64,000 nt of DNA. Origin: a virus. Under the pieces are notes generated by a model. The model saw only the letters and a program-made list of their open reading frames with translations. It had not been told where the DNA came from and searched no databases. A program made the position numbers and the translations under genes. The DNA lies in the IMG/VR virus record IMGVR_UViG_3300042314_001189, positions 73,445 to 137,444 of that record; one strand, given 5' to 3'. Below are positions 1 to 10,082 of the stretch, in pieces. Every line of letters begins with the position of its first letter. Within the stretch, counting starts at the first letter, position 1.

Positions 1-1
1 A

Positions 2-109
2 GGTGAAAAATATTCTTTGACAAAAGAAAGGATTAGGCAGATAAAAGAAAAAGCAATTCGAAAGTTAAGGCACAATGCTCACGACTTATACGATTTAATT
101 AATGAATAA
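2..109 (+). CDS. 3' end of sigma70-family RNA polymerase sigma factor (partial)
   Basis: Frame 2 reads GEKYSLTKERIRQIKEKAIRKLRHNAHDLYDLINE*, a typical region 4.2 HTH (LTxERxRQIxxKAxRKLR). Confidence 0.8.
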   Translation, partial: GEKYSLTKERIRQIKEKAIRKLRHNAHDLYDLINE

Positions 110-136
110 AAAAAAAGGGATTGAGGTCCCTTTTTT
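110..136 (+). terminator. intrinsic terminator (likely bidirectional)
   Basis: A-run GGGA ttgagg TCCC T-run hairpin directly after the stop codon. Confidence 0.7.
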
Positions 137-168
137 GACTATTGAGTATTTATAGTAAAATAAAAGAC

Positions 169-1434
169 ATGAAGATAAAATTTAGTTACATAATGTTAAT
201 ATTAGCACTTTCAGTTGCTGGTTGTGCTGCATACTTTTCAGTGTGGGGTCTAAGTCAATTGTTTGCTGGTGCAAGCACTGCTGTTATTATAATGGCATCT
301 GTGTTAGAAATTGGTAAAGTAGTAACAACAACTGCTTTGCATACATATTGGCATAAGTTAGCCAGAGGGTTAAAAATTTATTTAACGATAAGTGTGGGTG
401 TCCTTATGATTATCACATCAGCTGGTATCTACGGTTTCTTATCAAACGCTTATCAATCAACTGCTAACAAATTAGAATTACACGAAGGTGAATTGGGTGT
501 GTTAGAAGCTAAGAAACAAGTATTTGAAAAAACAATAGCTGACAATGCTAAGATTATCGAAACAAAAACAAAACGTGCAGAACAATTAAATAACCTTAGA
601 GGTAATCAAGAATCACGTTTAGATAATTCAACAAATAATAGAAATCAAAGAAACGCTAGAAAAGATATTGAAAGTTCAGATAAACAAATTCAAGTATTAA
701 ATACTGAAATAGACGAACTTAACGCTAAAAATATTGTGTTGTCTGATTCAGTGAATGCTTATAATGTAAAAGCTATTGAATTAAAAGCTGGTAGTGAAGT
801 AGCTGGTGAAGTTGGACCTCTTAAATATGTTTCTGAATTGACTGGAACACCAATGGCCAATGTAGTTAACTTTATGATTCTTTTGCTTATATTCGTGTTT
901 GACCCATTGGCAATTGCGCTAGTATTGGCAACAAACAGAGTGTTTGAATTGGAAGGTAAACAAACACCATTGGAACCTAAAATAGATAAAACTAAAGAAG
1001 TTTTAGAGGGTGCTGTTGAAGAATTAAAAAAACAGCCAGAGGTACCCACAACCATTGTTGATGTTATTAAAAGTAAAACATCTGAAGATGAATTACCAAT
1101 AGAAGAACCTATAATGTTGGATGAACAACATGAGGAAGATATTGTTGAAGAAGTTGAAAATGTTGAGATAGAACCATGGGATATCAGACCTATTCAAGAA
1201 GAAATCGTTGTTGAAGAACCAATAGTAGAAGAAATCAAACCAATTGCTAAAAAGCAACCAGTAATACCAACTGGAAAAGTTGAGTTGGAAGATATCAAAG
1301 AAATTAAAGAAGGTAACAGAGGTTTTTCAGTTGACATACCAAATCCAAAAACCTCAAACACAATAGAAAGAATCGGGTCAAACAAAATAGTTAAAAACGG
1401 TGATAACAACAAAGTGTATTTCAAACGTGGGTAA
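169..1434 (+). CDS. membrane protein with coiled coil and acidic tail
   Basis: 3 N-terminal TM segments, coiled coil, a 4th TM, E/P-rich C-terminus; ATG 169 preferred over TTG 142 (TATTTATA motif at 147-154). Confidence 0.7.
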   Translation: MKIKFSYIMLILALSVAGCAAYFSVWGLSQLFAGASTAVIIMASVLEIGKVVTTTALHTYWHKLARGLKIYLTISVGVLMIITSAGIYGFLSNAYQSTANKLELHEGELGVLEAKKQVFEKTIADNAKIIETKTKRAEQLNNLRGNQESRLDNSTNNRNQRNARKDIESSDKQIQVLNTEIDELNAKNIVLSDSVNAYNVKAIELKAGSEVAGEVGPLKYVSELTGTPMANVVNFMILLLIFVFDPLAIALVLATNRVFELEGKQTPLEPKIDKTKEVLEGAVEELKKQPEVPTTIVDVIKSKTSEDELPIEEPIMLDEQHEEDIVEEVENVEIEPWDIRPIQEEIVVEEPIVEEIKPIAKKQPVIPTGKVELEDIKEIKEGNRGFSVDIPNPKTSNTIERIGSNKIVKNGDNNKVYFKRG

Positions 1435-2045
1435 TGATAATTGATGATAAAACATATGCTTTAGAAGAAAAAAATTACGTACCGATTGAATGTATTAAAA
1501 AGCAAATAGTATTAGCCAACACTTTTAATCACGATATGAAACACGTGATTGGTTGGAAAACAAGATACAATGGTGAATATAAAAAAACAGCTGCATTTAC
1601 AATAGATGCGGCTGGTGTTGTTCATCAACATTTCGACCCTAGGTATCAATCAAAATATTTTGGTAAAATCGATTTAGACATGAAAACCATCATAATATTA
1701 TTAGAAAATGATGGGTGGTTATTCAATGATAAAGAAAAAAATAATTATATTACTTGGTTTGGTGATATTTATAATAAACCATCTGATGTTTTTGAAAAAA
1801 GATGGAGAGGATATACACATTGGGCCAACTATACAAAAGAACAGTTTGATTCATGTGTTGAACTAACCAGAATGTTATGTGATGAATTTTTTATCCCAAA
1901 TATGGCGATATCACACAACACAAAGGTTGATACTCTTTCTGATTTTCAAGGAGTTGTATATAAAAGTAATATTGAAAAATATTATACCGACTTAACACCA
2001 GCATGGGATTTTGAAAACTTTAAAAATAAATTAGAAATAATATAA
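1434..2045 (+). CDS. N-acetylmuramoyl-L-alanine amidase-like protein (divergent)
   Basis: AAFTIDxxGxVxQ, YTxEQxxSxxELxxxLC, SH motifs resemble Amidase_2; Zn ligands look degenerate. Confidence 0.5.
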   Translation: MIIDDKTYALEEKNYVPIECIKKQIVLANTFNHDMKHVIGWKTRYNGEYKKTAAFTIDAAGVVHQHFDPRYQSKYFGKIDLDMKTIIILLENDGWLFNDKEKNNYITWFGDIYNKPSDVFEKRWRGYTHWANYTKEQFDSCVELTRMLCDEFFIPNMAISHNTKVDTLSDFQGVVYKSNIEKYYTDLTPAWDFENFKNKLEII

Positions 2046-2050
2046 AAATT

Positions 2051-2566
2051 ATGGCACAAAACATAAACGAACACGACATGACCAAAAAGATGATGGATAT
2101 CATCAGAGGTGGTTATAAAAAAACATTGTTAAAAGAAGAAGAAATTGAAGCTACTTCTACAATGGCACCAGACACATCTCAAGTAGCAATGGCTCAATCA
2201 CCAAGCGATGGTCGTGAACCTTTAATTAAATTGGACAATACTTATTTTGAGGTTCCAAAAGATGACCAAAGGTATAAAGATTTAACAAAAAAACTACAAG
2301 ACATTGCAAACGTTACAGTTACAAGTATCTATGTTTCAAAAAACAAAGATTTGGTAATAACTGGTGAGGCTTTACAGTACGAAAACTCTGGTTTATATTT
2401 CACAATGGCATTATCTAACAAAGACGTTGTAACGTCAACTGAAAATGTTGAAGGTGATGAAGCTAATATTATAATAAATAAATTAACTGGTTTCCTACAA
2501 AACCTTAGAGATGATTCTGCTGGAACTAGCGAATATCTTTATGATGAAAAAGTTGATAACAAATAA
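2051..2566 (+). CDS. hypothetical phage protein
   Basis: 171 aa ORF in operon. Confidence 0.6.
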   Translation: MAQNINEHDMTKKMMDIIRGGYKKTLLKEEEIEATSTMAPDTSQVAMAQSPSDGREPLIKLDNTYFEVPKDDQRYKDLTKKLQDIANVTVTSIYVSKNKDLVITGEALQYENSGLYFTMALSNKDVVTSTENVEGDEANIIINKLTGFLQNLRDDSAGTSEYLYDEKVDNK

Positions 2567-2580
2567 ATAAAAAAATAGAT

Positions 2581-3147
2581 ATGTTTATAAAAAGTAGAAT
2601 AATCGCAATTTTATTAATAATCATAATGGTTTGTATGAGTTCATTATATGGTTTGTTCAAACTTTACAATTATGAGAAAGAAGAAAGAAAAAGATTTAAC
2701 GACAACTATCTTGCTGTAACGACTGACAGAGCAAGACAACAAGAATTGACAGCTAAAGAACTAAAAGAACTTTATCCAAGATACGATAGTTTAGCTAAAG
2801 AGTTGAATATAAAAACAAAACAAATCACAAATATAATTGAAACTAGATACAGATTTAGAGATTCGGTTGTTACAAGCACAATATTAAAAAAAGATAGTAT
2901 CTCAGAAAAAAGTTTTTTCACCTTAAAAGAAAAATGTTACACTTTCTCTGGGTACATAAAACAAGACTCAATATCGTTTACAAACAAAGAGTTTAAAGAC
3001 AATCTAACAACTTTTTTATACAAAGATTGGAAACACAAATATCTTTTTGGTTTAATAAAAACAAAACCATATTACACAGCTAAAGTTTATAGTGAATGTA
3101 TGAAAGATACGGTTGGTGTTCAAAACAATATAAAATTGAAAAAATAA
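2581..3147 (+). CDS. membrane-anchored coiled-coil protein (spanin-like)
   Basis: N-terminal TM helix followed by coiled coil. Confidence 0.45.
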   Translation: MFIKSRIIAILLIIIMVCMSSLYGLFKLYNYEKEERKRFNDNYLAVTTDRARQQELTAKELKELYPRYDSLAKELNIKTKQITNIIETRYRFRDSVVTSTILKKDSISEKSFFTLKEKCYTFSGYIKQDSISFTNKEFKDNLTTFLYKDWKHKYLFGLIKTKPYYTAKVYSECMKDTVGVQNNIKLKK

Positions 3148-3169
3148 CAGTTTAATTAATAGTTTTAAA

Positions 3170-3880
3170 ATGGATAAAAACCCAGAACAAGGTAAAAACA
3201 AATCAAATAGAAGTTATAGAAAAAAAACAAAACCAGTATCTTCTGGACAAACTAAAACACAAAATTCAGTAATATACGGTAAAGAATATTTAGAAAAGAA
3301 AAAACTTGAGATTCCAATGTATGACCCATACACTGGCGAACCAAACCCACACTATGAAGAGTTAACTGGGAAAAAAAACCCATTATTGGATAAACCAGAA
3401 AATAGAATCGAATCAACAAAAAAGGGTGATAACCATAAATCTACGTCACTAAAATACGGTAAAGATTATGTTTTACCAGAATTTGGTAGAAAAAATAGAT
3501 TCTTATTGATGCTCCCTAAAGAATTTAACATTGAACCATTTTTTGTTAGTAGTGTTAGCGGACCTAATATTATATATGATAATGTAAGAATTTTAGGGAT
3601 TAAAACATGTTTAAAAAAATATTATGTAGAAGATGTTCACATAAGTTTTAATGTTCCAGTCAGTAATCAAATAATGAAAAAATTATACGATACTACAGTT
3701 AAAAACAAAAAGTTTTGTTTTTCGGTTGAAATAATAGACCCAACGGGTGTTGTTTATGAAAATTGGGACTTTAACGGATGTTCAATCAAAGAAATACACT
3801 TCGATGATTTATCTTATGACAATGATGGAATCATGAAAACTAACCTTAGAATAAGCGTTGGCCAGTACACGATAAAATAG
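3170..3880 (+). CDS. tail tube (T4 gp19-like) domain protein with N-terminal extension
   Basis: C-terminal KNRFLL...IIDPTGVVYENWDFNGC...FDDLSYD resembles T4-type tail tube proteins. Confidence 0.5.
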   Translation: MDKNPEQGKNKSNRSYRKKTKPVSSGQTKTQNSVIYGKEYLEKKKLEIPMYDPYTGEPNPHYEELTGKKNPLLDKPENRIESTKKGDNHKSTSLKYGKDYVLPEFGRKNRFLLMLPKEFNIEPFFVSSVSGPNIIYDNVRILGIKTCLKKYYVEDVHISFNVPVSNQIMKKLYDTTVKNKKFCFSVEIIDPTGVVYENWDFNGCSIKEIHFDDLSYDNDGIMKTNLRISVGQYTIK

Positions 3881-3901
3881 AAACGTATAAATATTAAAAT
3901 A

Positions 3902-3925
3902 AAGCCCCACGTAAGGGGCTTTTTT
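3902..3925 (+). terminator. intrinsic terminator
   Basis: AAGCCCC acgtaa GGGGCTT followed by a T-run. Confidence 0.8.
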
Positions 3926-3965
3926 AGTTAAATTACTATATTTATATATAAAAATAACCCCTAAA

Positions 3966-4208
3966 ATGGATAAAAAAGTTAATGAAGATATCACTAAAAC
4001 TGATGTGACTAAACAAATCAAAGTCTACATGGACGGTAGTGAGTTTAAAAACAAGGTTGAGAAGATTGTCAAAGACAGAATAAAAAACGAAAAAGAGTTA
4101 GAGGATAAAGTGGTTGAAATCACTAAAAACGTACTAACTCAGTTATATAAAACTCTTTGGGTTAAAAGAAATACTTGGGTAAATAACTTGTCAAATAAAA
4201 ACAATTAA
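3966..4208 (+). CDS. hypothetical protein
   Basis: 80 aa ORF after TATTTATA motif at 3939. Confidence 0.6.
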   Translation: MDKKVNEDITKTDVTKQIKVYMDGSEFKNKVEKIVKDRIKNEKELEDKVVEITKNVLTQLYKTLWVKRNTWVNNLSNKNN

Positions 4209-4215
4209 TTATACG

Positions 4216-6942
4216 ATGAAAAAAATTAAGATAACAAAAGAACAGTATAACAGAATCGCTGGGTTGTTAACCGAGGGTGATGATGGCTACGCAAAAGGTG
4301 GTTTAGCAAGAGTTGATAAACAATTCAAAAAAGCTTTTGCTGGTAAAGACGTTTTAAACGTTAAGGTCTCTGAAGACATGAAAACAACTAGCTTTGACAT
4401 TAAAAAACCTAACACTAGTGTACCTAGAAAAGGTCAAGCTAAATTTGGTAAAACCTTGAGTGAAGGTACTGAAACTTTAAAAAATGAAACCTTAGAATTG
4501 ATAAAATATCTTTACAGAAAAAGTGAAGAATTTTCTCCGTTTTGGGCTGAACATGATTTAACGTATGATGATATTTGTGATTCATTGTTGGATAAAGGTG
4601 TTATTGTTAAAAAAGACGGTAAGTTTGAGTTATCAAAATCTTTAGGTACAGCGGACGAAGCTAAACAAGCAGTTGAAGATGCGCTAAGCGAAATGGTTGG
4701 TGTTGAATTGACAGAATATGACAATTACAATTATCCAATGGGTGCTGACGCTAACCCTAACGCTCCATGGAATCAAAAAGAACCAAAATACAGTAAAGCT
4801 TCTATAAACCCATCAAAATTAACGTTTGAAGGTTTATACTCAAACGGTGAAATTTGTATCTTAAAAGATAAATCTGGTCAATTATATTCATTCTACTATG
4901 ATAATGTTTCAGAAGAAGAATTAAATTCACTTGCTTATGATTTAGGTTTTGCCGAAGAAGAATATATTGGCAAAGATGAAGATGGTATGCCAGAATTTGA
5001 TTATTATTATAATTGGAAAGGAAACCAAGATGAAGAACCAGAAGTTTTAGCTGCATATGCTTCAGAAAACACATTAGATACTGGTGAAGGTTTAGAAGCT
5101 TGGGAAAACGGTGTTGAATTGGTTAAAATAGATGATGCACTTAAAAATGAATTACTAAGCGTTTACGATAAAGATAGTAAATTAGTAAGTTTATTAGGTG
5201 GTGTAAACGAATCTGAAACAGAAGGAGATAGATTAGCTAGATTGAAATCTGTTATTGCACAAAGAAGAGCTGACTCAGATAAATGGGATGCTGAAAGATT
5301 TGCAAGAAGAGACCAACAAAACGCAATAGATAGCGCAAACGCTGAAGAAAAAATGAGACTTCAGAGCATGCCAAAACCAACACCAGAACCTAAAAAACCA
5401 GTTGGACAATACAACATGTTTGGTGGTGTTGATGAAATGGATGCTAGTGCTTCTGGCGCATTTACACCAGCTTTTGGTGCACAACCAATGAGAAAAGAAA
5501 TGCCTATTGTCACAAACGTGCCAGTAGTTAAAGAAGGTATGGTCGATTCACCTACTACAAATGGTGAATACACAACACCAGCTTTCAAAATGAAAAAAAA
5601 CCACACAGATTTTGCTGAAACAAAACCTAAAGCATTTAAAAAAACGCAATGGGCTGGTGGCGGCTTCGTAGAATTTAATGACTGTGTTGATTTGAACAAT
5701 AAACCAGCTGGTACTGGTTGTAGTACTGGTGCTGTTGATAACGTAGTTAAGGTTAGAAAAACCAAAGGAAACGTAAACGCACCTTCTTTGAATGAAGGTA
5801 TGATGCGTGAAGCGTTGAAACTACAACACGATAAAAAAGAAAACAGACTAATTGTAATTTCTGATTTAGAAGGTAGAGCTGGTAGTCAAGAAACATTTAC
5901 TAACAAAGCTGTACTTAAACAAAATGGTTTTGTTTGGACTGGAACCAACTGGGCTATACCAGTAGACAAATTAGATGTTGCTAAACAAACTTTAACCCTA
6001 ATAAATAAAGCTGAGTACTTGATTGATAAATTAGAAGATTTGGAAAGTGCTGTTGAAGAATCTGGTGCTGATAATAAAAGTTTATTAAAAGCTAGACTTG
6101 AACAATATATTTCTGATTTAGCAAACGCAACTGATGAAGCTGCTTTATCTGCTGAGATTAGAAGATACTTAACGTTCTTCTCTAAATTCCATAGTTATAG
6201 TTTCTACAATAGAATGCTTATCTTTATTCAAAGACCAAATGCGACTAGAGTTGCATCATACAAAACATGGCAATCAAAATTCAGACAAGTAAACAAAGGC
6301 GCAAAAGCAATAACTGTTTTGGCACCAATCATAAGCAAATCTAACAAACCAGAAGATGAAGACGACAATTTCTCATCAAACTCAGACGTTAGAGGGTTTA
6401 GAGCTGTAAACGTATTTGATATTTCAGACACAACACCAATTGATGAAAGAGGTGAAGTTCCAGAACAACCACAATGGTGGGGTGATAACACACCTTCAGA
6501 AACTGCTGATGTGTTATTCGAAGCTGTTGTTGAGGTAGCTAAAGATATGGGTATAAATGTAACACAAAGCGATGCAAAAGGTGGTGAAAAAGGATATAGT
6601 GCTGGTGACCACATTAATATTTCTTCAGATGTAACTGGTGCTGGTAGATTATCTACAATGATTCACGAAATTGCTCACGAATTAATGCACTGGAAAAAGT
6701 CATCAATCTATTTTATTGACAACGGTGAAGGAAGACAAAAATCAGAATTACAAGAATTACAAGCCGAAAGCGTGTCTTATGTTGTATTGAAACATTATGG
6801 AATACCAGTTTCACATCATGCAACATACTTAGCATTGTGGAAAGCGAATAAAGATAGAATTCAAAATAACTTAGAAATTATCTCAAAAGTATCTCAATTT
6901 ATTATAACTAAAATTGATGCACAAGTAGCTGAAGGTAAATAA
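4216..6942 (+). CDS. large putative virion protein with C-terminal ArdC-like ssDNA-binding and zincin metallopeptidase domains
   Basis: FHSYSFYNRMLIFIQRPNATRVASYKTWQ...VNKGAKAITVLAP...VFDISDT (ArdC-N like) and IHEIAHELMH...ELQAESVSY (HExxH zincin); N-terminal part has repeated L/V-x-E motifs. Confidence 0.7.
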   Translation: MKKIKITKEQYNRIAGLLTEGDDGYAKGGLARVDKQFKKAFAGKDVLNVKVSEDMKTTSFDIKKPNTSVPRKGQAKFGKTLSEGTETLKNETLELIKYLYRKSEEFSPFWAEHDLTYDDICDSLLDKGVIVKKDGKFELSKSLGTADEAKQAVEDALSEMVGVELTEYDNYNYPMGADANPNAPWNQKEPKYSKASINPSKLTFEGLYSNGEICILKDKSGQLYSFYYDNVSEEELNSLAYDLGFAEEEYIGKDEDGMPEFDYYYNWKGNQDEEPEVLAAYASENTLDTGEGLEAWENGVELVKIDDALKNELLSVYDKDSKLVSLLGGVNESETEGDRLARLKSVIAQRRADSDKWDAERFARRDQQNAIDSANAEEKMRLQSMPKPTPEPKKPVGQYNMFGGVDEMDASASGAFTPAFGAQPMRKEMPIVTNVPVVKEGMVDSPTTNGEYTTPAFKMKKNHTDFAETKPKAFKKTQWAGGGFVEFNDCVDLNNKPAGTGCSTGAVDNVVKVRKTKGNVNAPSLNEGMMREALKLQHDKKENRLIVISDLEGRAGSQETFTNKAVLKQNGFVWTGTNWAIPVDKLDVAKQTLTLINKAEYLIDKLEDLESAVEESGADNKSLLKARLEQYISDLANATDEAALSAEIRRYLTFFSKFHSYSFYNRMLIFIQRPNATRVASYKTWQSKFRQVNKGAKAITVLAPIISKSNKPEDEDDNFSSNSDVRGFRAVNVFDISDTTPIDERGEVPEQPQWWGDNTPSETADVLFEAVVEVAKDMGINVTQSDAKGGEKGYSAGDHINISSDVTGAGRLSTMIHEIAHELMHWKKSSIYFIDNGEGRQKSELQELQAESVSYVVLKHYGIPVSHHATYLALWKANKDRIQNNLEIISKVSQFIITKIDAQVAEGK

Positions 6943-7000
6943 ATCTAGAAAATTGAATTTTTTACATAAAACATAGATATTTATAATAAAATCAAATAAG

Positions 7001-8914
7001 ATGGACAAAAACATAATAAAACAACACTTAACTCAAAGGTTTGTAAATGAGGCAAAAGGAGAAACAGCAACACCTGGTATTACTGTTACTAATTCTGTCA
7101 ATAAGAAATCTGGTGATGTTAACAAAAAGGGTGTTAAAGACATGGAAAAAGATTTATCTGCTTATGATAAAGCTTTGAAAAAAGGTGCTGAAACAACCAA
7201 AGTCCCAAACAAATTTAACTACAACGGTGATTCTGAAATCGAGTACCACAACCAAATGGAAACACTTAATGGTACTGAAATGAATGAATACGACAGAGAA
7301 CCAACAAAAGAGTTTAAAGATAAAGCAAAAGAAGGTTTAACTGGTAGTGAAAGAATGGGTAATAAAGGTGGGAAAGATGTAGGTAACGCTGAGGAAACTT
7401 GGGGTGCTTCTTCTGATGATTTTGGTAAAGAAAAAGACAAAAATATTAAAGCGTCAACTAAGAAAAGACAAGACGCTGTTAAAGGTATCATAAGCTTCGG
7501 TGATGATATCGAAACAGTATCAAAAGATTATGCGCCAATGTCTAAACACACAGCGTATAACGAAAATAAAGATAATAATAAACCACAAATAAAAGAATCA
7601 ATGAAAAGACTTAAATTTAAAAAAGAATTCAAAGGTGTTGGAAACGCACTTAAAATGATACCAGAGTCGTACAAAGTAGATAACAAAGTATTTGAAATGA
7701 CTGATGGTAACGAATCATACAAAATCCGTTGGGAAGGAACTTTAACAGAAGGTAAAGCTGTTGTTCTTGTGGCTTCAGACAAAACTATGGTTAATGAAGA
7801 CATGCAAAAAATGAAACACCTAATGGGTTACAAATCACAAGATACTTTAGGTCTTGTAAGAGGTAAATCTAGAATCAACGAAAACGCTGTTTTCTCTGAT
7901 ATGTATAAAAAATCAAAAGCGTTATTAGAAGGTGAAGACATTGATGATGCTTCAGCATCTGAAGGTGATATGGATGATGCTGTTAAACATGCAGCAGAAG
8001 CTAAAAAACATGTTGAAGGTTCAGTATCAACTGAAAAAGGAACGCAAGCTCCAGCACCTAAAACTGGTAATCTAGAAGATGTTAAGAAAAAAGCACCAGA
8101 AGCAACTAAACATGTTGAAGGTTCAGTATCAACTGAAAAAGGAACACAAGCTCCAGCACCTAAAACTGGTAATTGGGATGTAAACGTTAAAGGTCAAGCA
8201 CCAGAAGCGAAAAAACATGTTCACATGTCAGAAGGAATTCAATTAGGTGAAAACTTTTTTGCACCAATGGAAGAAGGTCTATACGAATACGGTAGTGAGC
8301 ATGAAATGCCATTAGATGTTGCCGTTGGTCAACTTAAAGATAAAACAGCTGGGGTGAACGAGTATGGTGATGAGCATGAAATGCCATTAGATACTGCTGT
8401 AAAATCTATGTCTCTTAACAAAGAAGGTATGATGAACGAAGGTGCTGGTTTAAAAAACATGTTTAGCACAGCAAAACAAATTGCTAGTAAAATTTTACAA
8501 GGCGAATTAACCGATGAGGATAAACAAGATATTATGAATGCAACTAATAAGATTGGAGACCCAAAAGCGATGCTTTCTAAATTAAGTGGTATTTCACAAT
8601 TAACACCAGAAGAAGAAGCAGAATTAACTAATCAATCAACTGAATTAGCTGAAGGTTGGTGGGGTGACACTGGTAAAAGATGGGCTGCTAGATTTTCAGC
8701 TTTAATTGGTGCACCAGCATCGTTGATAGCATCAATAATGGGTATGTGGTCTCAAGGTGCTGGTTGGGCTGATAGTCCAATTTTAAGTAGAGTACACGAC
8801 ATGACTGACGCAGCATTTGGTATCTACGGTGGTCCAGTTTCAACTTTAGGGTTCTTTATCTCAATACTATACTTAGGTGCTGCATTAATAAATTTTAATG
8901 CTGGTAAAAAATAA
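7001..8914 (+). CDS. putative virion/head-associated protein with internal repeats and C-terminal hydrophobic segments
   Basis: 637 aa, K/E/G-rich, repeated KHVEGSVSTEKGTQAPAPKTGN. Confidence 0.6.
   Translation: MDKNIIKQHLTQRFVNEAKGETATPGITVTNSVNKKSGDVNKKGVKDMEKDLSAYDKALKKGAETTKVPNKFNYNGDSEIEYHNQMETLNGTEMNEYDREPTKEFKDKAKEGLTGSERMGNKGGKDVGNAEETWGASSDDFGKEKDKNIKASTKKRQDAVKGIISFGDDIETVSKDYAPMSKHTAYNENKDNNKPQIKESMKRLKFKKEFKGVGNALKMIPESYKVDNKVFEMTDGNESYKIRWEGTLTEGKAVVLVASDKTMVNEDMQKMKHLMGYKSQDTLGLVRGKSRINENAVFSDMYKKSKALLEGEDIDDASASEGDMDDAVKHAAEAKKHVEGSVSTEKGTQAPAPKTGNLEDVKKKAPEATKHVEGSVSTEKGTQAPAPKTGNWDVNVKGQAPEAKKHVHMSEGIQLGENFFAPMEEGLYEYGSEHEMPLDVAVGQLKDKTAGVNEYGDEHEMPLDTAVKSMSLNKEGMMNEGAGLKNMFSTAKQIASKILQGELTDEDKQDIMNATNKIGDPKAMLSKLSGISQLTPEEEAELTNQSTELAEGWWGDTGKRWAARFSALIGAPASLIASIMGMWSQGAGWADSPILSRVHDMTDAAFGIYGGPVSTLGFFISILYLGAALINFNAGKK
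8006..8173 (+). repeat. intragenic direct repeat (about 66 nt, period 102 nt)
   Basis: aaacatgttgaaggttcagtatcaactgaaaaaggaacRcaagctccagcacctaaaactggtaat at 8006 and 8108. Confidence 0.9.
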
Positions 8915-8940
8915 AAATTAAGTAGATAATAAATATTAAA

Positions 8941-8968
8941 AAAAAAGGGGAGCTTAGGCTCCCTTTTT
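8941..8968. terminator. bidirectional intrinsic terminator
   Basis: A-run GGGGAGC ttag GCTCCCT T-run between convergent genes. Confidence 0.8.
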
Positions 8969-9294
8969 TATTTTCTAGATTTTATTTCTTCTAAGATTCT
9001 AATTCTTAAATTAAATTCAGCATTGATATTCGATTCAAATCTTTTAGCCAACGTTGAGTAAATAACCAACCAATATACAAAATGACCTATTACTGATACA
9101 GTAAAAACGGTTAAGTCAAAACCAACAAAAAACATAGGTACAACAACAAAAATTGCTAATGAGACAATAAAGTCAAAAGTTTTTGTGGTAAAAGCTCTAA
9201 AAAACTTATGGATAAAAATTGCAATGTTTACTCTGGTTTTAGATTTGTTTTCATAAACACTAAGTTCTTCTTTAAATTTTTGGTAATTTTCCAT
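8968..9294 (-). CDS. small membrane protein
   Basis: 108 aa with 2 TM segments. Confidence 0.6.
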   Translation of the reverse strand: MENYQKFKEELSVYENKSKTRVNIAIFIHKFFRAFTTKTFDFIVSLAIFVVVPMFFVGFDLTVFTVSVIGHFVYWLVIYSTLAKRFESNINAEFNLRIRILEEIKSRK

Positions 9295-9464
9295 TTTATT
9301 TGATTTTATTTAACAAAGGTAATAATAATTTTTTAATTATGCAAATTTTTTGTAATTTATTTTAATCTATTTGATAACAATACAAAGGTAATAATAATTT
9401 TTAAAATATCCAAATTTTTAACTTACTATTTAAAACATAGACATATTTATAAATAAAAACAGTT

Positions 9465-10079
9465 ATGAGTTTAAAAAAGTTACAAGAAAAGATTGGCGCA
9501 ACGCCAGATGGTTCATTCGGACCAAACACGCTAAAAAAAGCGATGGAATTTTATAAAATGACACCAGAAAGAGCTGCACATTTCTTTGCTCAAACAGCGC
9601 ACGAAACTGGTGAATTTAAAGCGTTCTCAGAAAACTTAAATTATTCAGCACAAGGATTGCAAAATACTTTTGGAAAGTATTTTCCTGGTAATTTAGAAGA
9701 GTCTTATGCTAGACAACCAGAAAAGATAGCATCTAGAGTTTATGCTGATAGAATGGGTAATGGTAATGAGGCATCTAAAGAAGGTTGGTTATTCCGTGGA
9801 AGAGGTGCATTACAATTAACTGGGAAATCAAATTATAAAGCATTTTCTGATTATTTAAAAAAACCAGAAGTTATGACAAATCCAGATTTGGTTGCTAACG
9901 ATTTAGCGTTTGAATCAGCAATATTCTTTTTTGATAAAAATAAACTTTGGGATATATGCGATAAAGGTGTTAACGATGCTTCAATATTATCATTAACGAA
10001 AAGAATTAATGGTGGTACTAATGGTTTAGACCATAGAGCAGCATTAACTAAGAAATATTATGAATGGTTAAAAAAATAA
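9465..10079 (+). CDS. glycoside hydrolase family 19 endolysin with N-terminal peptidoglycan-binding motif
   Basis: LQEKIGATPDGSFGPNT; FFAQTAHETG; ENLNYS; FRGRGALQLTGKSNY; TKRINGGTNGL. Confidence 0.9.
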   Translation: MSLKKLQEKIGATPDGSFGPNTLKKAMEFYKMTPERAAHFFAQTAHETGEFKAFSENLNYSAQGLQNTFGKYFPGNLEESYARQPEKIASRVYADRMGNGNEASKEGWLFRGRGALQLTGKSNYKAFSDYLKKPEVMTNPDLVANDLAFESAIFFFDKNKLWDICDKGVNDASILSLTKRINGGTNGLDHRAALTKKYYEWLKK

Positions 10080-10082
10080 TTT

